DNA of 64,000 nucleotides. Source: Gemmatimonadales bacterium. GTDB lineage: Bacteria > Gemmatimonadota > Gemmatimonadetes > Gemmatimonadales > GWC2-71-9. Position numbers and translations under genes: made by a program. A model generated the notes under the pieces. It was given only the letters and a program-made list of their open reading frames with translations, had not been told where the DNA came from and did not search any database. Location: contig JBDIWC010000011.1 in assembly GCA_039794085.1 (NCBI GenBank), positions 1 to 64,000 on the forward strand, in the 5' to 3' direction. Below, one piece after another: positions 27,666 to 38,209 of the stretch. Each line of letters opens with the position of its first letter. The stretch's first letter is position 1.

Positions 27666-28538
27666 TCAGCGTGTTCCGGCCGCCGGCGGGAGCGTCCGGC
27701 GCGCCTCGAGCCGGCCGATCGCGAGCAGGAGGCCGAAAATGATCGCCTCCGGACGCGGTGGACATCCCGGGATGTAGACATCCACGGGCATCAACCGGTC
27801 CACGCCGCCAGCGCTGGCGTACCCTTCGCCGACGATGCCACCCGACGACGCACAAGCACCGACCGCAATCACCAGCCGAGGCTCCGGAATGGCCGCGAAG
27901 GTACGCCGCATGGCGGTCTCGAGATTGCGTGTCACCGATCCGGTCACGGCCACACCATCGGCGTGGCGCGGTGACGCGACGAAATCAATGCCGAGTCGAC
28001 GAATGTCGTACACCGGATTCAGCAGCGTACTGAGTTCCCAGTCGCAGGCGTTGCAGGACCCGGCGTCGAGATGACGTAGGTGCAGCGACCGTCCGAGCAC
28101 GCGATGGATCTCGTGCGCCACGCGGGCCGCTTCGGCGTCGCTCCGCTCGGGCATCGGCGTGGTCGAGGCTGACACCGTGCCCTCTGCCGCGGCCACGGTG
28201 TCGGCCACCACCGACTCGGCCGTGACCTCCAGGCGCAGATCGGACCGTCGGCGCGCCGCCAACTCGAACTCGTGCCCCATGGACACCGCGTCAGCCCAGG
28301 GGGGCGCGGCGCAGAGGCCGCAGAAGATGCAGCGGGCGACATCGAGCGTGACATGACGCCTACCGCCGTCGCATCGCTCCGAGAGCGCCCCCGCGGGGCA
28401 GACGGAGGGTGGCGGGAGTCGGTGGCCGGCGTGCAGTACCGGAAGGCCGCGAAACCGTGGCGGTGGGAGGTTCGGCTCCGCCGGATACCGTGTCGTCACC
28501 ACGCCGGTGCGAATCGCGTTGATCAGGATGCGCAGCAT
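27666..28538 (-). CDS. Group-4 hydrogenase small subunit (HyfI/NuoB-like) fused to an N-terminal ferredoxin-like (HyfH-like) domain
   Basis: RFRG.P, VCP, CIFCGLC; DAGSCNAC, SPRHADG, VGACA, IPGCPPRP. Confidence 0.9.
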   Translation of the reverse strand: MLRILINAIRTGVVTTRYPAEPNLPPPRFRGLPVLHAGHRLPPPSVCPAGALSERCDGGRRHVTLDVARCIFCGLCAAPPWADAVSMGHEFELAARRRSDLRLEVTAESVVADTVAAAEGTVSASTTPMPERSDAEAARVAHEIHRVLGRSLHLRHLDAGSCNACDWELSTLLNPVYDIRRLGIDFVASPRHADGVAVTGSVTRNLETAMRRTFAAIPEPRLVIAVGACASSGGIVGEGYASAGGVDRLMPVDVYIPGCPPRPEAIIFGLLLAIGRLEARRTLPPAAGTR

Positions 28539-28539
28539 C

Positions 28540-30153
28540 TCAGCGGTCCGTGCACGAGTAGCACAGTTCGAAGCTCTTGTTCACGAGGGGGAAGTCTGGC
28601 ACGATGGCCGACTCGGCGGCCAGCGCGACGGCGGGCCAATTGCGGTAGCTCGGTGAACGCAGGTGGTACCGGTCCACGCGTCCGTCGGCGTCGGTCCGCA
28701 GCCAGTGCACCGCCTCACCACGCGGCGACTCGATGGCCGCCATGCCGATCTGGCCACCCGGGATCGGATCGGGCAGGGCGATGCGCACCGCGCCCGGCGC
28801 GAGACGGCGCGCGAACTCGCCAATCAACCGGATGGACTCGCGCGCTTCGTCGGCGCGCACACGCACGCGCGCCATGACGTCGCCTTCCTCAGCCGTCACG
28901 ACGTGGAGCTCGGGGGCATCGGGCAGGGTGAACGCCCCGTGGGGATGATCCCGCCGACTGTCACGATCCACACCGCTTGCCCGGGCGGTGACGCCGACAA
29001 CGGCCAAGTCCGTCGCCGCCTGGTGCGTCAGCACGCCGGTCTCATCGAGGCGATCGACCACCGAGGGATTGGAGGTGATGCGCCCCATCAGGCTGTCGAG
29101 CCCGGTGTGGGTGTCCGACAGCGTCGAGCACAGGTCGTCCAACAGCTCCGCCGTCAGGTCAAGCGCGGTGCCGCCGGGCACGACGAGCCCGCGCAGGAAG
29201 CGACTGCCGACGAGCCGCTCATTCAGTTGCTGCAAGCGCTCGCGCAGCACCAGTCCCCTGGCCGTGCCGTAATGGAAGGCAGCCCCCGCACACACATTGC
29301 CGATATCGCCAAGGTGATTGTACAACCGCTCAAGTTCGAGGGCGGTCCCCCGCAGCAACCGCGCGCGAACCGGCACCTCAAGCCCGGCGATCTGCTCGAG
29401 GGCCTCGGCGTACCCCAACGCGTGCGCCACCGAGCAGACGCCACAGATGCGCTCGGCCACGTAGAAGGCATCGCCGACGGTGAGGCCTTCCATGCGCTTC
29501 TCGAGACCGCGATGCGTGTAGAACAGGCGCGCGTCGAGGTGCAGTACGGTCTCGCCAACTGAGGTAAAGCGAAAGTGACCCGGTTCGATGATTCCCGCGT
29601 GGATCGGGCCGACCGGAATCTCGAACACGCCTTCGCCCTCGGCGACGAGATGCGGAAACTCCGGCCGCGGCACCATCGGCACGCGTTGGGCGCCCGGGAA
29701 GTCCTTCCGCAGTGGAAAGACGCCACTGGGCCAGTCGTCGTGAACCACGAGTGGTCGCAGGTCGGGGTGCCCCACGGGAACGATGCCGAAGAGGTCATGC
29801 GCTTCACGTTCGGGCCAGTTCGCCGCCGCTACCCGCGTCGTGAGCGACGGCACCTCGGGCCGCGTGGCGGCGACGGTCACGAGAAGCGTGACAAACCGAT
29901 CCGGCGTGCCGGGGACGGTGGGTTCGAAGACGTAGCGCAGCGTCAGGTGGCCGTTCGGTCTCCCGGTGTCATCGGTGGCCACGACCGTGGCAAGGGCCAT
30001 GGCCTGCGCGGTCAGGAGCTTCTCCGCCAGGGCCGGAAGATCGTCGGCCGCGTGGAGCCGCACCGTGAGATCCGGCGCGCGCGGGCCCGCCTCGGCGTCG
30101 AGGGCGCCGTGCGCAGTCGCACGCAGGGCGAGGAGGAGCGCCTGATCAGACAA
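28540..30153 (-). CDS. hyfG: Group-4 [NiFe]-hydrogenase large subunit (HyfG/HycE-like, NuoC+NuoD type)
   Basis: [40 protein letters not shown]-terminal LCYSCTDR. Confidence 0.9.
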   Translation of the reverse strand: MSDQALLLALRATAHGALDAEAGPRAPDLTVRLHAADDLPALAEKLLTAQAMALATVVATDDTGRPNGHLTLRYVFEPTVPGTPDRFVTLLVTVAATRPEVPSLTTRVAAANWPEREAHDLFGIVPVGHPDLRPLVVHDDWPSGVFPLRKDFPGAQRVPMVPRPEFPHLVAEGEGVFEIPVGPIHAGIIEPGHFRFTSVGETVLHLDARLFYTHRGLEKRMEGLTVGDAFYVAERICGVCSVAHALGYAEALEQIAGLEVPVRARLLRGTALELERLYNHLGDIGNVCAGAAFHYGTARGLVLRERLQQLNERLVGSRFLRGLVVPGGTALDLTAELLDDLCSTLSDTHTGLDSLMGRITSNPSVVDRLDETGVLTHQAATDLAVVGVTARASGVDRDSRRDHPHGAFTLPDAPELHVVTAEEGDVMARVRVRADEARESIRLIGEFARRLAPGAVRIALPDPIPGGQIGMAAIESPRGEAVHWLRTDADGRVDRYHLRSPSYRNWPAVALAAESAIVPDFPLVNKSFELCYSCTDR

Positions 30154-31606
30154 CGATGATCGCCGTCGCGCGCCGCAACAGCCCGTCGAGGCCGCCGGGG
30201 ATTGTCAGGCCAAGCAGCACCATGATCGCGGCGAGCAGCGCCATGGCGAGCAACGGGGACACCGCTTCCGGATCACGGGCGGCGGCGGCGGTGGGTTGGC
30301 CGAACGTCATGGCGCCCACGTGGTGCAGCAGGCCGGCGAAGATGATGACAACCATGGCGAGAAAGATCGCCACGCTCAGCCCGTGCGCCTGACCGATGCC
30401 GGCGCGCAGGATCATCAACTCGCTCACGAAGATGGAGAAGGGCGGTACGCCGGCGAGCGACAGCGCGGCGAGGAGCAACAGAATCCCCCCGACCGGCGCC
30501 ACGTGGAGCAGGCCGCGAATCACCCGCATGTCTCGTGACCCGTAGCGGGCAATCGCCGTGCCCGCAGCGAAGAACGCGAGCGCTTTTGTCACTCCATGGT
30601 TGACCACGTGCAGGAGCGCCCCATAGGTGCCAATCGGTCCGCCAAACCCGAGGCCGAGGGCGATAATGCCGACGTGTTCGACGCTGTGGTACCCCAGCAG
30701 GCGTTTGAGGTCGTGTTGGGCCAGGATGAACGGCGTGGCGACAACGACCGACAGGAGTCCGAAGACGAGCAGCACCTGCGCCGGGAACGCCGCCCCGCAC
30801 GCCGCCGCCGCGATCACCTGGAACCGGATGATGCCGAGCATCGCGCATTTGATCAGCACGCCGGACAGCAGCGCGGAGACAGGCGTGGCGGCCTGGCTGT
30901 GCGCATCGGGCAACCACAGGTGCATGGGGGCGAGCCCGGCCTTCGTGCCGTAGCCAATAAGGACGAAAATGAAGCCGATTCGGATGATGCCGGGGTCGAG
31001 CGTTGACGCGACGGGCACAATGCTCGACCAGTTCATGGTGCCGGGCCCGCCATGGGACGCGGCGGCGGCGAAGACGAGCACCGTGCCGAACAACCCGAAC
31101 GAGATACCGATGGTCGTCACGATGATGTACTTCCAGGCGGCTTCCAGTCCGTGGTGATGGCCGTGATAGCCGATCAGCACCGCCGACGTGATGGTCGTGC
31201 CCTCCATGGCGATCCAGAGCACGCCGAGATTGTCGGCGAGGACGGTCACCACCATCGTCGCCACAAACGCGTGCACAAGCGCGAAATACGAACGCAACGC
31301 GTCGGCCTTCATGTTGCCCACCGCCACCGCCTGTCGCAGCCAGCCCACGGTGTACACGGAGACGGCGAGTGTCAGCGTCACGAGGAGGAGCAGGAAGACC
31401 AGGCCGAGGTCGTCGATGCGCAGCACCCCAAACGCACGCGGGCCATGCCGCGCCACCTCGATGGCCAGCAGCACGGCGAGCGCACAAAGCACGGATGACC
31501 CGGCGACATCGAGCGCGGACAGGACGCGCCGGTCGCGAGACGAGAGCATCAGCAGCGCCGTCGCCGTCGGCACGAGCGGCAGAACCCAGAGCAGCGTGGT
31601 GGCCAT
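30146..31606 (-). CDS. hyfF: Hydrogenase-4 antiporter-like membrane subunit F
   Basis: [38 protein letters not shown]. Confidence 0.9.
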   Translation of the reverse strand: MATTLLWVLPLVPTATALLMLSSRDRRVLSALDVAGSSVLCALAVLLAIEVARHGPRAFGVLRIDDLGLVFLLLLVTLTLAVSVYTVGWLRQAVAVGNMKADALRSYFALVHAFVATMVVTVLADNLGVLWIAMEGTTITSAVLIGYHGHHHGLEAAWKYIIVTTIGISFGLFGTVLVFAAAASHGGPGTMNWSSIVPVASTLDPGIIRIGFIFVLIGYGTKAGLAPMHLWLPDAHSQAATPVSALLSGVLIKCAMLGIIRFQVIAAAACGAAFPAQVLLVFGLLSVVVATPFILAQHDLKRLLGYHSVEHVGIIALGLGFGGPIGTYGALLHVVNHGVTKALAFFAAGTAIARYGSRDMRVIRGLLHVAPVGGILLLLAALSLAGVPPFSIFVSELMILRAGIGQAHGLSVAIFLAMVVIIFAGLLHHVGAMTFGQPTAAAARDPEAVSPLLAMALLAAIMVLLGLTIPGGLDGLLRRATAIIVV

Positions 31607-31609
31607 GCC

Positions 31610-32266
31610 TCAGCCCCGCAGCCGGTCCAGATCAGCGATGTCGGCGTCCACCGTGGACCGCACCCGGAGCACCATGACCGTCATGACCAGCGCGGCGAGA
31701 ATGACGTCGAGGATCACGCCAATCTCGATGATGAGCGGCATGCCCGCCGTCACCGACATCGCCGTGAAAAAGATGCCGTTCTCCGAGGCAAACAGGCCGA
31801 CCATCTGCGTCAGGGCCTTGCGGCGCGTGGCCATGACGAGCACGCCGAGCAGGGTCAGCGCAATGCCCACGGGCAGTGCATTTCCGGTGATGGACTGGCG
31901 GACGGAGCCGAGCGAGGCGTTGAGGTGGAAGGCCATGACCACGATGATCACCGTGATTGTCAGCGTGGCCGTGTTCGGAATCACAGGCTCCACCTCACGC
32001 CGGACGTTCATCTGCCGCAGCACCCGGTGCAGCACCCAGGGCAGCAGCATGGCCTTGATCGCCAGCGTAATGCCGGCAATGACCCACAGGTCGCGGTTGC
32101 CGGTGGCCGCGGCGAGCACGGCGCCGGCAATCGCGATAAGCAGCGACTGCGCGGCAACGGCGTAGATGGCGCGCGCAATCTGCGATGCCGCGATGATGAC
32201 AATCATCGAGAGCAGCAGCAGCGCGCCAAGGTCATCGATGACGCGGGCGGCGGTGGCCGGGTTCAC
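31610..32266 (-). CDS. hyfE: Hydrogenase-4 membrane subunit E
   Basis: RRKALTQ..G....ENG, GMPLIIEIG..LD, LRG C-terminus. Confidence 0.88.
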   Translation of the reverse strand: MNPATAARVIDDLGALLLLSMIVIIAASQIARAIYAVAAQSLLIAIAGAVLAAATGNRDLWVIAGITLAIKAMLLPWVLHRVLRQMNVRREVEPVIPNTATLTITVIIVVMAFHLNASLGSVRQSITGNALPVGIALTLLGVLVMATRRKALTQMVGLFASENGIFFTAMSVTAGMPLIIEIGVILDVILAALVMTVMVLRVRSTVDADIADLDRLRG

Positions 32267-33207
32267 AGGATCCTCAGCGCGAGCGCGGTGAGCGCGGAGA
32301 CGAACCCGATGCCGAGAAAGGCGGGAACGCGGAACAGGCGGAGCTTGGCATACGAGGACTCGACGAGCGCCAGGTAGCTTGCCAGCACGACCACCTTTGC
32401 CGCGAACGCGACGGCGGCGAGACTGACAACCACCACACCGGTGCCGTGCGACAAACCCACGGGGAAAAAGAGCGCCGCGACCAGCCCGAGCGTCACGATC
32501 TGTCGCGTGTGCGCGGCGAGCGTGAGGCAGCCCAGCGCGGGACCCGAATGCTCGAGCAGCATTCCCTCGTGGAGCATCGTCAGTTCAAGATGCGTATCGG
32601 GATTGTCCACGGGGATGCGCCCCGTCTCCGCGGGAAGCAGCACCAGTATCGCGGCGAAGCCGAGAAAATCGGAGGCCCGCCAGGCGAGCAGCCACGTTGT
32701 CTCGCGATACGCGGTGAGCGCGTTCACTTCGGTGGTGCCCGCGGCGATTGCCGTGGAGAACACGACCATGAGCAGGACCGGCTCGACGAGCGGGGCGATG
32801 GTCATCTCGCGCGAGGCGCCCATGCCGCCGAAGGCACCGCCGGCGTCGAGCGCTGCGATCGCCATCAGAAAACGGGCGAGCGAGAGCAGCCCGAGCAGCA
32901 GGAGCGCGTCGCCGAACGGGACCGTCGGCGGGTCGGCGCGGAGCACCGGGAGCAGGGCGCTCGCCGCCACGGTGGCCGCGAGCACCAGCACGGGAATTGC
33001 CCGGAACAGGCCCGACGCGGTGTCCGCCTGGACCGTGCCTTTGCGCGCCAGCTTCGCGAGGTCGCGATACGGCTGGACCACCGACGCGCCCTCGCGGCCC
33101 TGGAGCCGGGCCTTGAGCTTCTGGATCACGCCGGTCACGAGCGGTCCGCTCACCACGAGCAGCGACATCTCGAGCAGCACGAAGGGGATCGGCGTGCCGT
33201 CCCTCAT
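32263..33207 (-). CDS. hyfC: Hydrogenase-4 subunit C (NuoH-like)
   Basis: KARLQGREG....QPYRDL.KL, GASRE, ETGRIPVDNP.THLELTMLHEGM.LEHSG. Confidence 0.9.
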   Translation of the reverse strand: MRDGTPIPFVLLEMSLLVVSGPLVTGVIQKLKARLQGREGASVVQPYRDLAKLARKGTVQADTASGLFRAIPVLVLAATVAASALLPVLRADPPTVPFGDALLLLGLLSLARFLMAIAALDAGGAFGGMGASREMTIAPLVEPVLLMVVFSTAIAAGTTEVNALTAYRETTWLLAWRASDFLGFAAILVLLPAETGRIPVDNPDTHLELTMLHEGMLLEHSGPALGCLTLAAHTRQIVTLGLVAALFFPVGLSHGTGVVVVSLAAVAFAAKVVVLASYLALVESSYAKLRLFRVPAFLGIGFVSALTALALRIL

Positions 33208-35354
33208 TGGGCGCGCACCCCGAACGCGAGGAGTGCGACGAACAGGGCGCCGAGCACGAAGCCGATATACCCGTAGATCCGTCCCGTGCTCCGGGCGCGA
33301 ATGATTCGCGCGACATTCGAGACGCCGTGCTGAATGCCGTGGTAGACATGCGTTTCGGCGAAATCAACGACTTCGCCTTCGTAGTGCAGCCGTCGCAGGA
33401 CGTACGGAGTCCCCGCCATCTCCCGCGTGACCTCGCGGCGGGGACGGTACAGCGGGGCGAAGATGAGTCGCAGTGGCTTGGCGAACCCCGTGGCCGTGTA
33501 GTCGAAGCGAGCCGTCGGTTCCATGCCACAAGTCCACGTCGGTGCCAGTCGCCGCGTGACGGCGGGCGCGCGGAGCCGCAACACCCACCCGACGCCGACC
33601 AAGCCCATCACGAGCAGGCCGATCAGCGTGGCCATGAAGGTCATCGACATGGCCGTGGCCGGTGTGCCGAGCGGCGTCAGGCCGGTGGACAGCACCAACG
33701 GGCCGTGCGCCGTGACGACGGCACTGGCGCCTGGCCCGTGGAGCAACCCCGCGGTCGGTGCATCAAGCAATCGTATCGCATACCCGGGCGCCACGCCGAA
33801 CGCGACGCAAATGGCGGCAAGGAGGGTCATCCCGGCGAGCATCGGCACCGGAACCTCAGTGGCTCGCGCGGCCTCCGGTGTCCGTGGCCGGCCGAGAAAG
33901 GTGACACCGAACGCCTTGACGAAGCATGCCGCCGCGAGGCCGCCGGTGAGCGCGAGCATCGCCGCAGCGAACACGATGCCGAGGGCGGCGGGTCCGCTGA
34001 GTCGGCTCGCCCCGCCCAACAGCGCCTGAAACGTCAGCCATTCGCTGACGAATCCATTCAGGGGGGGAAGCGCCGAAATCGCCACTGCGCCCAGCAGAAA
34101 GAGGCCCGCCGTCCACGGCATGCGCCGCGCGAGGCCGCCGAGTGCCTCCATGTTGCGAACGTGGGTGCGGCTGATCACGGCACCCGCACCGAGGAAGAGA
34201 AGGCCCTTGAACGCGGCGTGATTCACGGTGTGCAACAGCGCCGCCGTGAGCGCGAGCGTGGCCACCGTGCCGCCCGCCGATTCGCGGCGCCAGAACATCA
34301 TCGCGACTCCCACGCCAATCAGGATGATGCCGATATTCTCCACGCTGTGAAAGGCGAGCAGTCGCTTGAGGTCGTGCTGCTGCAGCGCGTAGAGCACGCC
34401 GAGCACCGCCGACGTCGCTCCCACGGTGAGCACCACCCATCCCCACGACATCGGGAGTGGCGACTGCGACGGGGCCAGCAGGTCGAAGGCAAATCGCAGC
34501 ATCCCGTAAATCGCGACCTTCAGCATGACGCCGGACATCAGCGCCGACACGTGGCTGGGCGCCGCCGGGTGCGCTCGCGGCAGCCAGACGTGCAGCGGGA
34601 TGACGCCCGCCTTGGTGGCGAAGCCGCCGAACGCCAGGAAGAACAGCGTGGCGCGCGTGGAGGGGTCGAGCGCGCCGCTCGCCCCGCGCATGGCGACAAA
34701 ATCGAACGCGCCGGCGCGTTCGGTGAGCGTGAGGAATGCCACCAACAGCAGCGCGGTTCCACCGTGGGTCATGACCATATAGAGAAGGCCGGCGCGCGCG
34801 TTCTCCCCATCCACATCCTCCGACACCACCAGCGCATAGCTTGCCAACGTCATGCCTTCCCAGCCAAGCAGGAACGTCATCGCATCGCCTGCGCTGCACA
34901 CGAGGACCATGCACGCCAGAAAAACGTTGAGCGCCAGCGCCTGCGTGGCCTGCCGCGCCGGCGACGCATCGGGGGCATGCGTGCGCAGGTACGCCGGGCC
35001 GTAGATCGTCGCCGCCATGGCGACCACCGAGATGACCAGCAGGAAATACGCCGACAACCCGTCAACGGACAGAGACTGTCGGGCAAACGGAAAGAGCGTC
35101 GCAAGCGGGAGCGTGAGGTAGCAGTCCGGGCCGGCGAGAAGCACGCCGAGCGCGACGATCACCCCCAGCGTCCCCCCGAGAAACGCCCACCCGTGGGCGA
35201 CGCCAAGCGCCAGTCGCCCCGATCGCCAAGCCACCATCGACGAGAGCGCGCCGGCCGCATAGCAGACCGCCACCACGGTCAGGAGCCGAACCAGAGGTGC
35301 GGGAGAACCCGAACCTTGCGTGCACACGCTAATGGCGGAGAACACGATGCTCAA
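33204..35354 (-). CDS. hyfB: Hydrogenase-4 antiporter-like subunit B
   Basis: KAG..PLHVWLPRAHPAAPSHVSALMSGVMLK, KRLLAFHSVENIG, PPLNGFVSEW, W.CG; start uncertain (TTG). Confidence 0.9.
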   Translation of the reverse strand: MSIVFSAISVCTQGSGSPAPLVRLLTVVAVCYAAGALSSMVAWRSGRLALGVAHGWAFLGGTLGVIVALGVLLAGPDCYLTLPLATLFPFARQSLSVDGLSAYFLLVISVVAMAATIYGPAYLRTHAPDASPARQATQALALNVFLACMVLVCSAGDAMTFLLGWEGMTLASYALVVSEDVDGENARAGLLYMVMTHGGTALLLVAFLTLTERAGAFDFVAMRGASGALDPSTRATLFFLAFGGFATKAGVIPLHVWLPRAHPAAPSHVSALMSGVMLKVAIYGMLRFAFDLLAPSQSPLPMSWGWVVLTVGATSAVLGVLYALQQHDLKRLLAFHSVENIGIILIGVGVAMMFWRRESAGGTVATLALTAALLHTVNHAAFKGLLFLGAGAVISRTHVRNMEALGGLARRMPWTAGLFLLGAVAISALPPLNGFVSEWLTFQALLGGASRLSGPAALGIVFAAAMLALTGGLAAACFVKAFGVTFLGRPRTPEAARATEVPVPMLAGMTLLAAICVAFGVAPGYAIRLLDAPTAGLLHGPGASAVVTAHGPLVLSTGLTPLGTPATAMSMTFMATLIGLLVMGLVGVGWVLRLRAPAVTRRLAPTWTCGMEPTARFDYTATGFAKPLRLIFAPLYRPRREVTREMAGTPYVLRRLHYEGEVVDFAETHVYHGIQHGVSNVARIIRARSTGRIYGYIGFVLGALFVALLAFGVRAQ

Positions 35355-35437
35355 TGTGCAGCATCATCTGCCGCTTCGCAAGCGGCGTCGGCACCACCGT
35401 CCCATGTCGCCCGGGTGCGCTTTGCTGTGATCGGTGA

Positions 35438-35645
35438 AAGGTGTGGCAACTGGCCCGCTTCGATATCCCCGCCTCCCGAACCGCCCGCGCCACCGCCCGC
35501 GGGATCACGGACGCATGAAGATGATGCCGCGGTCGCTCCCCCGAGTCGTGATCCCGGTACTGCCGGGTGGCCGGGAAGACCCACTGCCACGGCAGGAGGC
35601 CGCCGCATGAGGGTACTTCCGCCCCAAGGCGCCCGGGCAGCTCCA
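35438..35645 (-). pseudogene. intI: Integron integrase, middle fragment
   Basis: [39 protein letters not shown] (includes the IntI-specific insertion); frameshifted. Confidence 0.9.
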
Positions 35646-35880
35646 ACGATCGTCAGCGTGCAGATTTGTCGCGACATCTGGGACAGTCAGGCGGGGTGGC
35701 ACAGTTGGAATGGTAATCAACATCGGATTGCCCGGCGTGGACAATGCAGTGGGGAGGTCGGGCCTTACCCGATTTCTTGCGATACTACAACCACGACCGT
35801 TTCCAGATGGGCATCAACGGACTCACTCCTATGCAGCGACTTGCAATGCCACAGGTGAACAACGTCTTCATCAACTACAC

Positions 35881-36846
35881 CTAACGACGCCGTCGCATGG
35901 CTTCCGTTGCAATCCAACCGAGAACAGCCAACCGTTGCCCTTCGATATCTGAGATGGCGTGGATCGATTCCCGCCGCAGCCCCCACTCCATGCGGAGCGC
36001 CTCGGCACGTTCAGCTGCGTCCCTCGCTGACCTCGCGTGTGCCTCCTCGCCGATGCCTCGGAGCATCTCGGCCACCTTCGTCCGACAGGGACTAAGGGGA
36101 TCGACATACCGAAGCGCGTCAATGGCCGCCTCGAAGTCACCCACGGCTTGCGCTGCACGACCCTGCTGTATTGCAGTGCCGCACTGCCACCGGACTCGCT
36201 GTGTATAGAGTGTCTTCGCCATCGCCTGGGCGCGGGTGCGGCAACGAGGCGCTCCCACCGGAACGCCCATGGTCAGGCCGATTGCCGCATCAAAGTCACG
36301 CTCGCTTGCCAGCCTCGTTGCGGATGCGAGTACATCCCCACAGTGGATCTCAAACGCACGAGAGGCCTGTGTCCCGAGCTGCCGGAGCGCGTTGTGCAGG
36401 GCTGAGTGGTCATTGGCAATCTGGCTGAGCGCCTGCGACGTTGCCGACGCCAGGTCCCTCCCATTCCCCGCTTGCGTCAAGCGAGAGGAGGCAACCACGC
36501 CTCGTCCCATGGGGTCCAGCAACTCCAGGGTCACGGCAGCCTCGGCCAACTCCACCGCCCGCATGCCGGCATCCGAGGTTCCCCGGCTCCTGGTGCTGAT
36601 CCTGAGTTGAAGGAGCAAGGGGGATCCTGCCAGCGAGGCGAGTCCAGCCGCAGGCATCGCGGCGCGTACACCGTCCTCAACCCACTCGACGGAGGGCCCT
36701 GCCACCCCGTCGCCTGTCCGCGTCGCCACGAAGTTCACCGGGATGGGTAGCGGTTCAGGGGGCGAGACGCCGCCCTGTTGAGCTGTTGCCAGTGACGTGA
36801 CCAGCAGGAGCATGAGGAATGGAGACATCCAGGTAGAGTGGGTCAT
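35881..36846 (-). CDS. Exported hypothetical protein with a helical C-terminal region
   Basis: Signal peptide; last gene of an overlapping four-gene operon. Confidence 0.75.
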   Translation of the reverse strand: MTHSTWMSPFLMLLLVTSLATAQQGGVSPPEPLPIPVNFVATRTGDGVAGPSVEWVEDGVRAAMPAAGLASLAGSPLLLQLRISTRSRGTSDAGMRAVELAEAAVTLELLDPMGRGVVASSRLTQAGNGRDLASATSQALSQIANDHSALHNALRQLGTQASRAFEIHCGDVLASATRLASERDFDAAIGLTMGVPVGAPRCRTRAQAMAKTLYTQRVRWQCGTAIQQGRAAQAVGDFEAAIDALRYVDPLSPCRTKVAEMLRGIGEEAHARSARDAAERAEALRMEWGLRRESIHAISDIEGQRLAVLGWIATEAMRRRR

Positions 36847-37742
36847 GGAGCCGTGACCACGATGAATATTGTGTTGCCCTTGAGTTCTCGCGTTACCGAA
36901 AGCCCCAGGGAACGCATGTAGCTGGCCAAGGCCGAGCCGAACTGGTTCGTGCCATAGTACCTGCCCGTCACCGGATCGCGGAGTGGGAGCCGGACATCGT
37001 CAAGCAGAATCCGTGTGGCGGTGACGCCCTGCAAGTGGAAGGAGTTGTGGAAGGCGTTCCCGGAAAACCACGCCTCGAGCAGTTCTGCGTATGAAATCTC
37101 CTTGCCAGCGGGGCTGTCCTCGAACGTGGTGCGAGCGGTTTGCTTCACGCTGATGTCCACCAGCACGGAGCGGCCCTCCTCCAGCATCGCACTGAACTTT
37201 GCCTGCATCGTGTTGAGCATCTCATCTGCGGCGCTGTCCACGGCACGCTGGATAAGCTGATCATCCGGTGCGCCGTAGAACCGTCCAGAGTTCCCGATCT
37301 TGTTCGCCAGCGAGGTTCCCGTTGATGCCTCATAGGCGGCCATGATGACCAACGCACTGTTGCCCTGCGGCGAGGGGGAGACACTGTTCTCCACCTCGAC
37401 ATAGATGTCGGCGCCACTGAACTGGATGATCTGCTCTCGGACATCGGACTGGCTGTTGCTGGTGAAAAGACCGATTTCGTTCGCAGCCTTCAATCGGCCG
37501 ACGAAGTCGACCGTACTGAAGCCTCGACGGTCGAAGGTCTCCTTGACCTTTGTCGCCGCAATCCGCAGTCCGATGTCGGCGTCGAGCACGGTCCGGATGT
37601 CCTGTCCCTCCCTGACCCGAGGGATGACCATGATTCTGGGTTGGACGGTCGCCGAGGACCCGGAAGGCGCACGCGTTGACACCTGCGCCATGAGCGGAGC
37701 AGCCACGAGGCACAGCAGCATTGGAAGCAGTGATTTGGTCAT
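36843..37742 (-). CDS. Exported protein, DUF6175-like
   Basis: Signal peptide; QP.IMVIP, F..RGF.TVDF, SGADIYVEV, TG.SLANK. Confidence 0.7.
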   Translation of the reverse strand: MTKSLLPMLLCLVAAPLMAQVSTRAPSGSSATVQPRIMVIPRVREGQDIRTVLDADIGLRIAATKVKETFDRRGFSTVDFVGRLKAANEIGLFTSNSQSDVREQIIQFSGADIYVEVENSVSPSPQGNSALVIMAAYEASTGTSLANKIGNSGRFYGAPDDQLIQRAVDSAADEMLNTMQAKFSAMLEEGRSVLVDISVKQTARTTFEDSPAGKEISYAELLEAWFSGNAFHNSFHLQGVTATRILLDDVRLPLRDPVTGRYYGTNQFGSALASYMRSLGLSVTRELKGNTIFIVVTAP

Positions 37743-38209
37743 GGCAGTCCGAACCTCCGTGCAAGTCCGTTGCGTTCAAGCCAGGCCCGCAGGCCGGCGA
37801 GGTCGATCCGGAACAGCGTGCCTCCATCGGTGGCTTCTGTCTGTTGGAGGACGTACTGCAGCCCATCACGTCCCCGCAGTAACTGGAGAGCCCCAGACGG
37901 GTTCCTCCGTGCACCGACGGGATCGGCGAGCATGGCAGCGGACTGCGGAGACTCCGGCACTCCGACAAACAGCAGCCGGTCGAGTGCCCCCAAGACGAGG
38001 GTGTCCCTCGGTGCATCACAGCCCACGCCGCTTGCAACGAAGCGCCCGATGCCATCGGCGCCAGCACCCGCGCCCTGGACAATCACCTGGGTTCGATCGC
38101 ACGGCGGGACGACCGGAACCGGGTCAGGTTCCGCTTGCCTGCTGCCCGCACAGGCGGCGGAAGCGAGCAGAAAGGCCAGCATGGTGAGCGATCTAACGCG
38201 CAACGGCAT
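37739..38209 (-). CDS. Lipoprotein
   Basis: Lipobox SAAC; LLF.GVP.S; L..WLE.NG..RRFG. Confidence 0.75.
   Translation of the reverse strand: MPLRVRSLTMLAFLLASAACAGSRQAEPDPVPVVPPCDRTQVIVQGAGAGADGIGRFVASGVGCDAPRDTLVLGALDRLLFVGVPESPQSAAMLADPVGARRNPSGALQLLRGRDGLQYVLQQTEATDGGTLFRIDLAGLRAWLERNGLARRFGLP

Noticed and set aside
27666..35354. Respiratory complex I (nuo) operon
   Set aside because: Gene set and order are hyf-like, a HyfE subunit is present, the large subunit has Ni-binding CxxC motifs, and nuoA/E/F/G/J are absent
33207..35858. 883-aa plus-strand ORF (likewise 5045-6412, 21592-23190, 49400-51112, 53976-55517, 55842-57332, 60730-62349)
   Set aside because: Antisense shadows of well-supported genes in high-GC DNA, with no recognisable motifs
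35879..35885. GTTAGGT as an attC making the CsgG-like operon a true cassette
   Set aside because: It overlaps the stop codon, and no matching R'' box or palindrome was found
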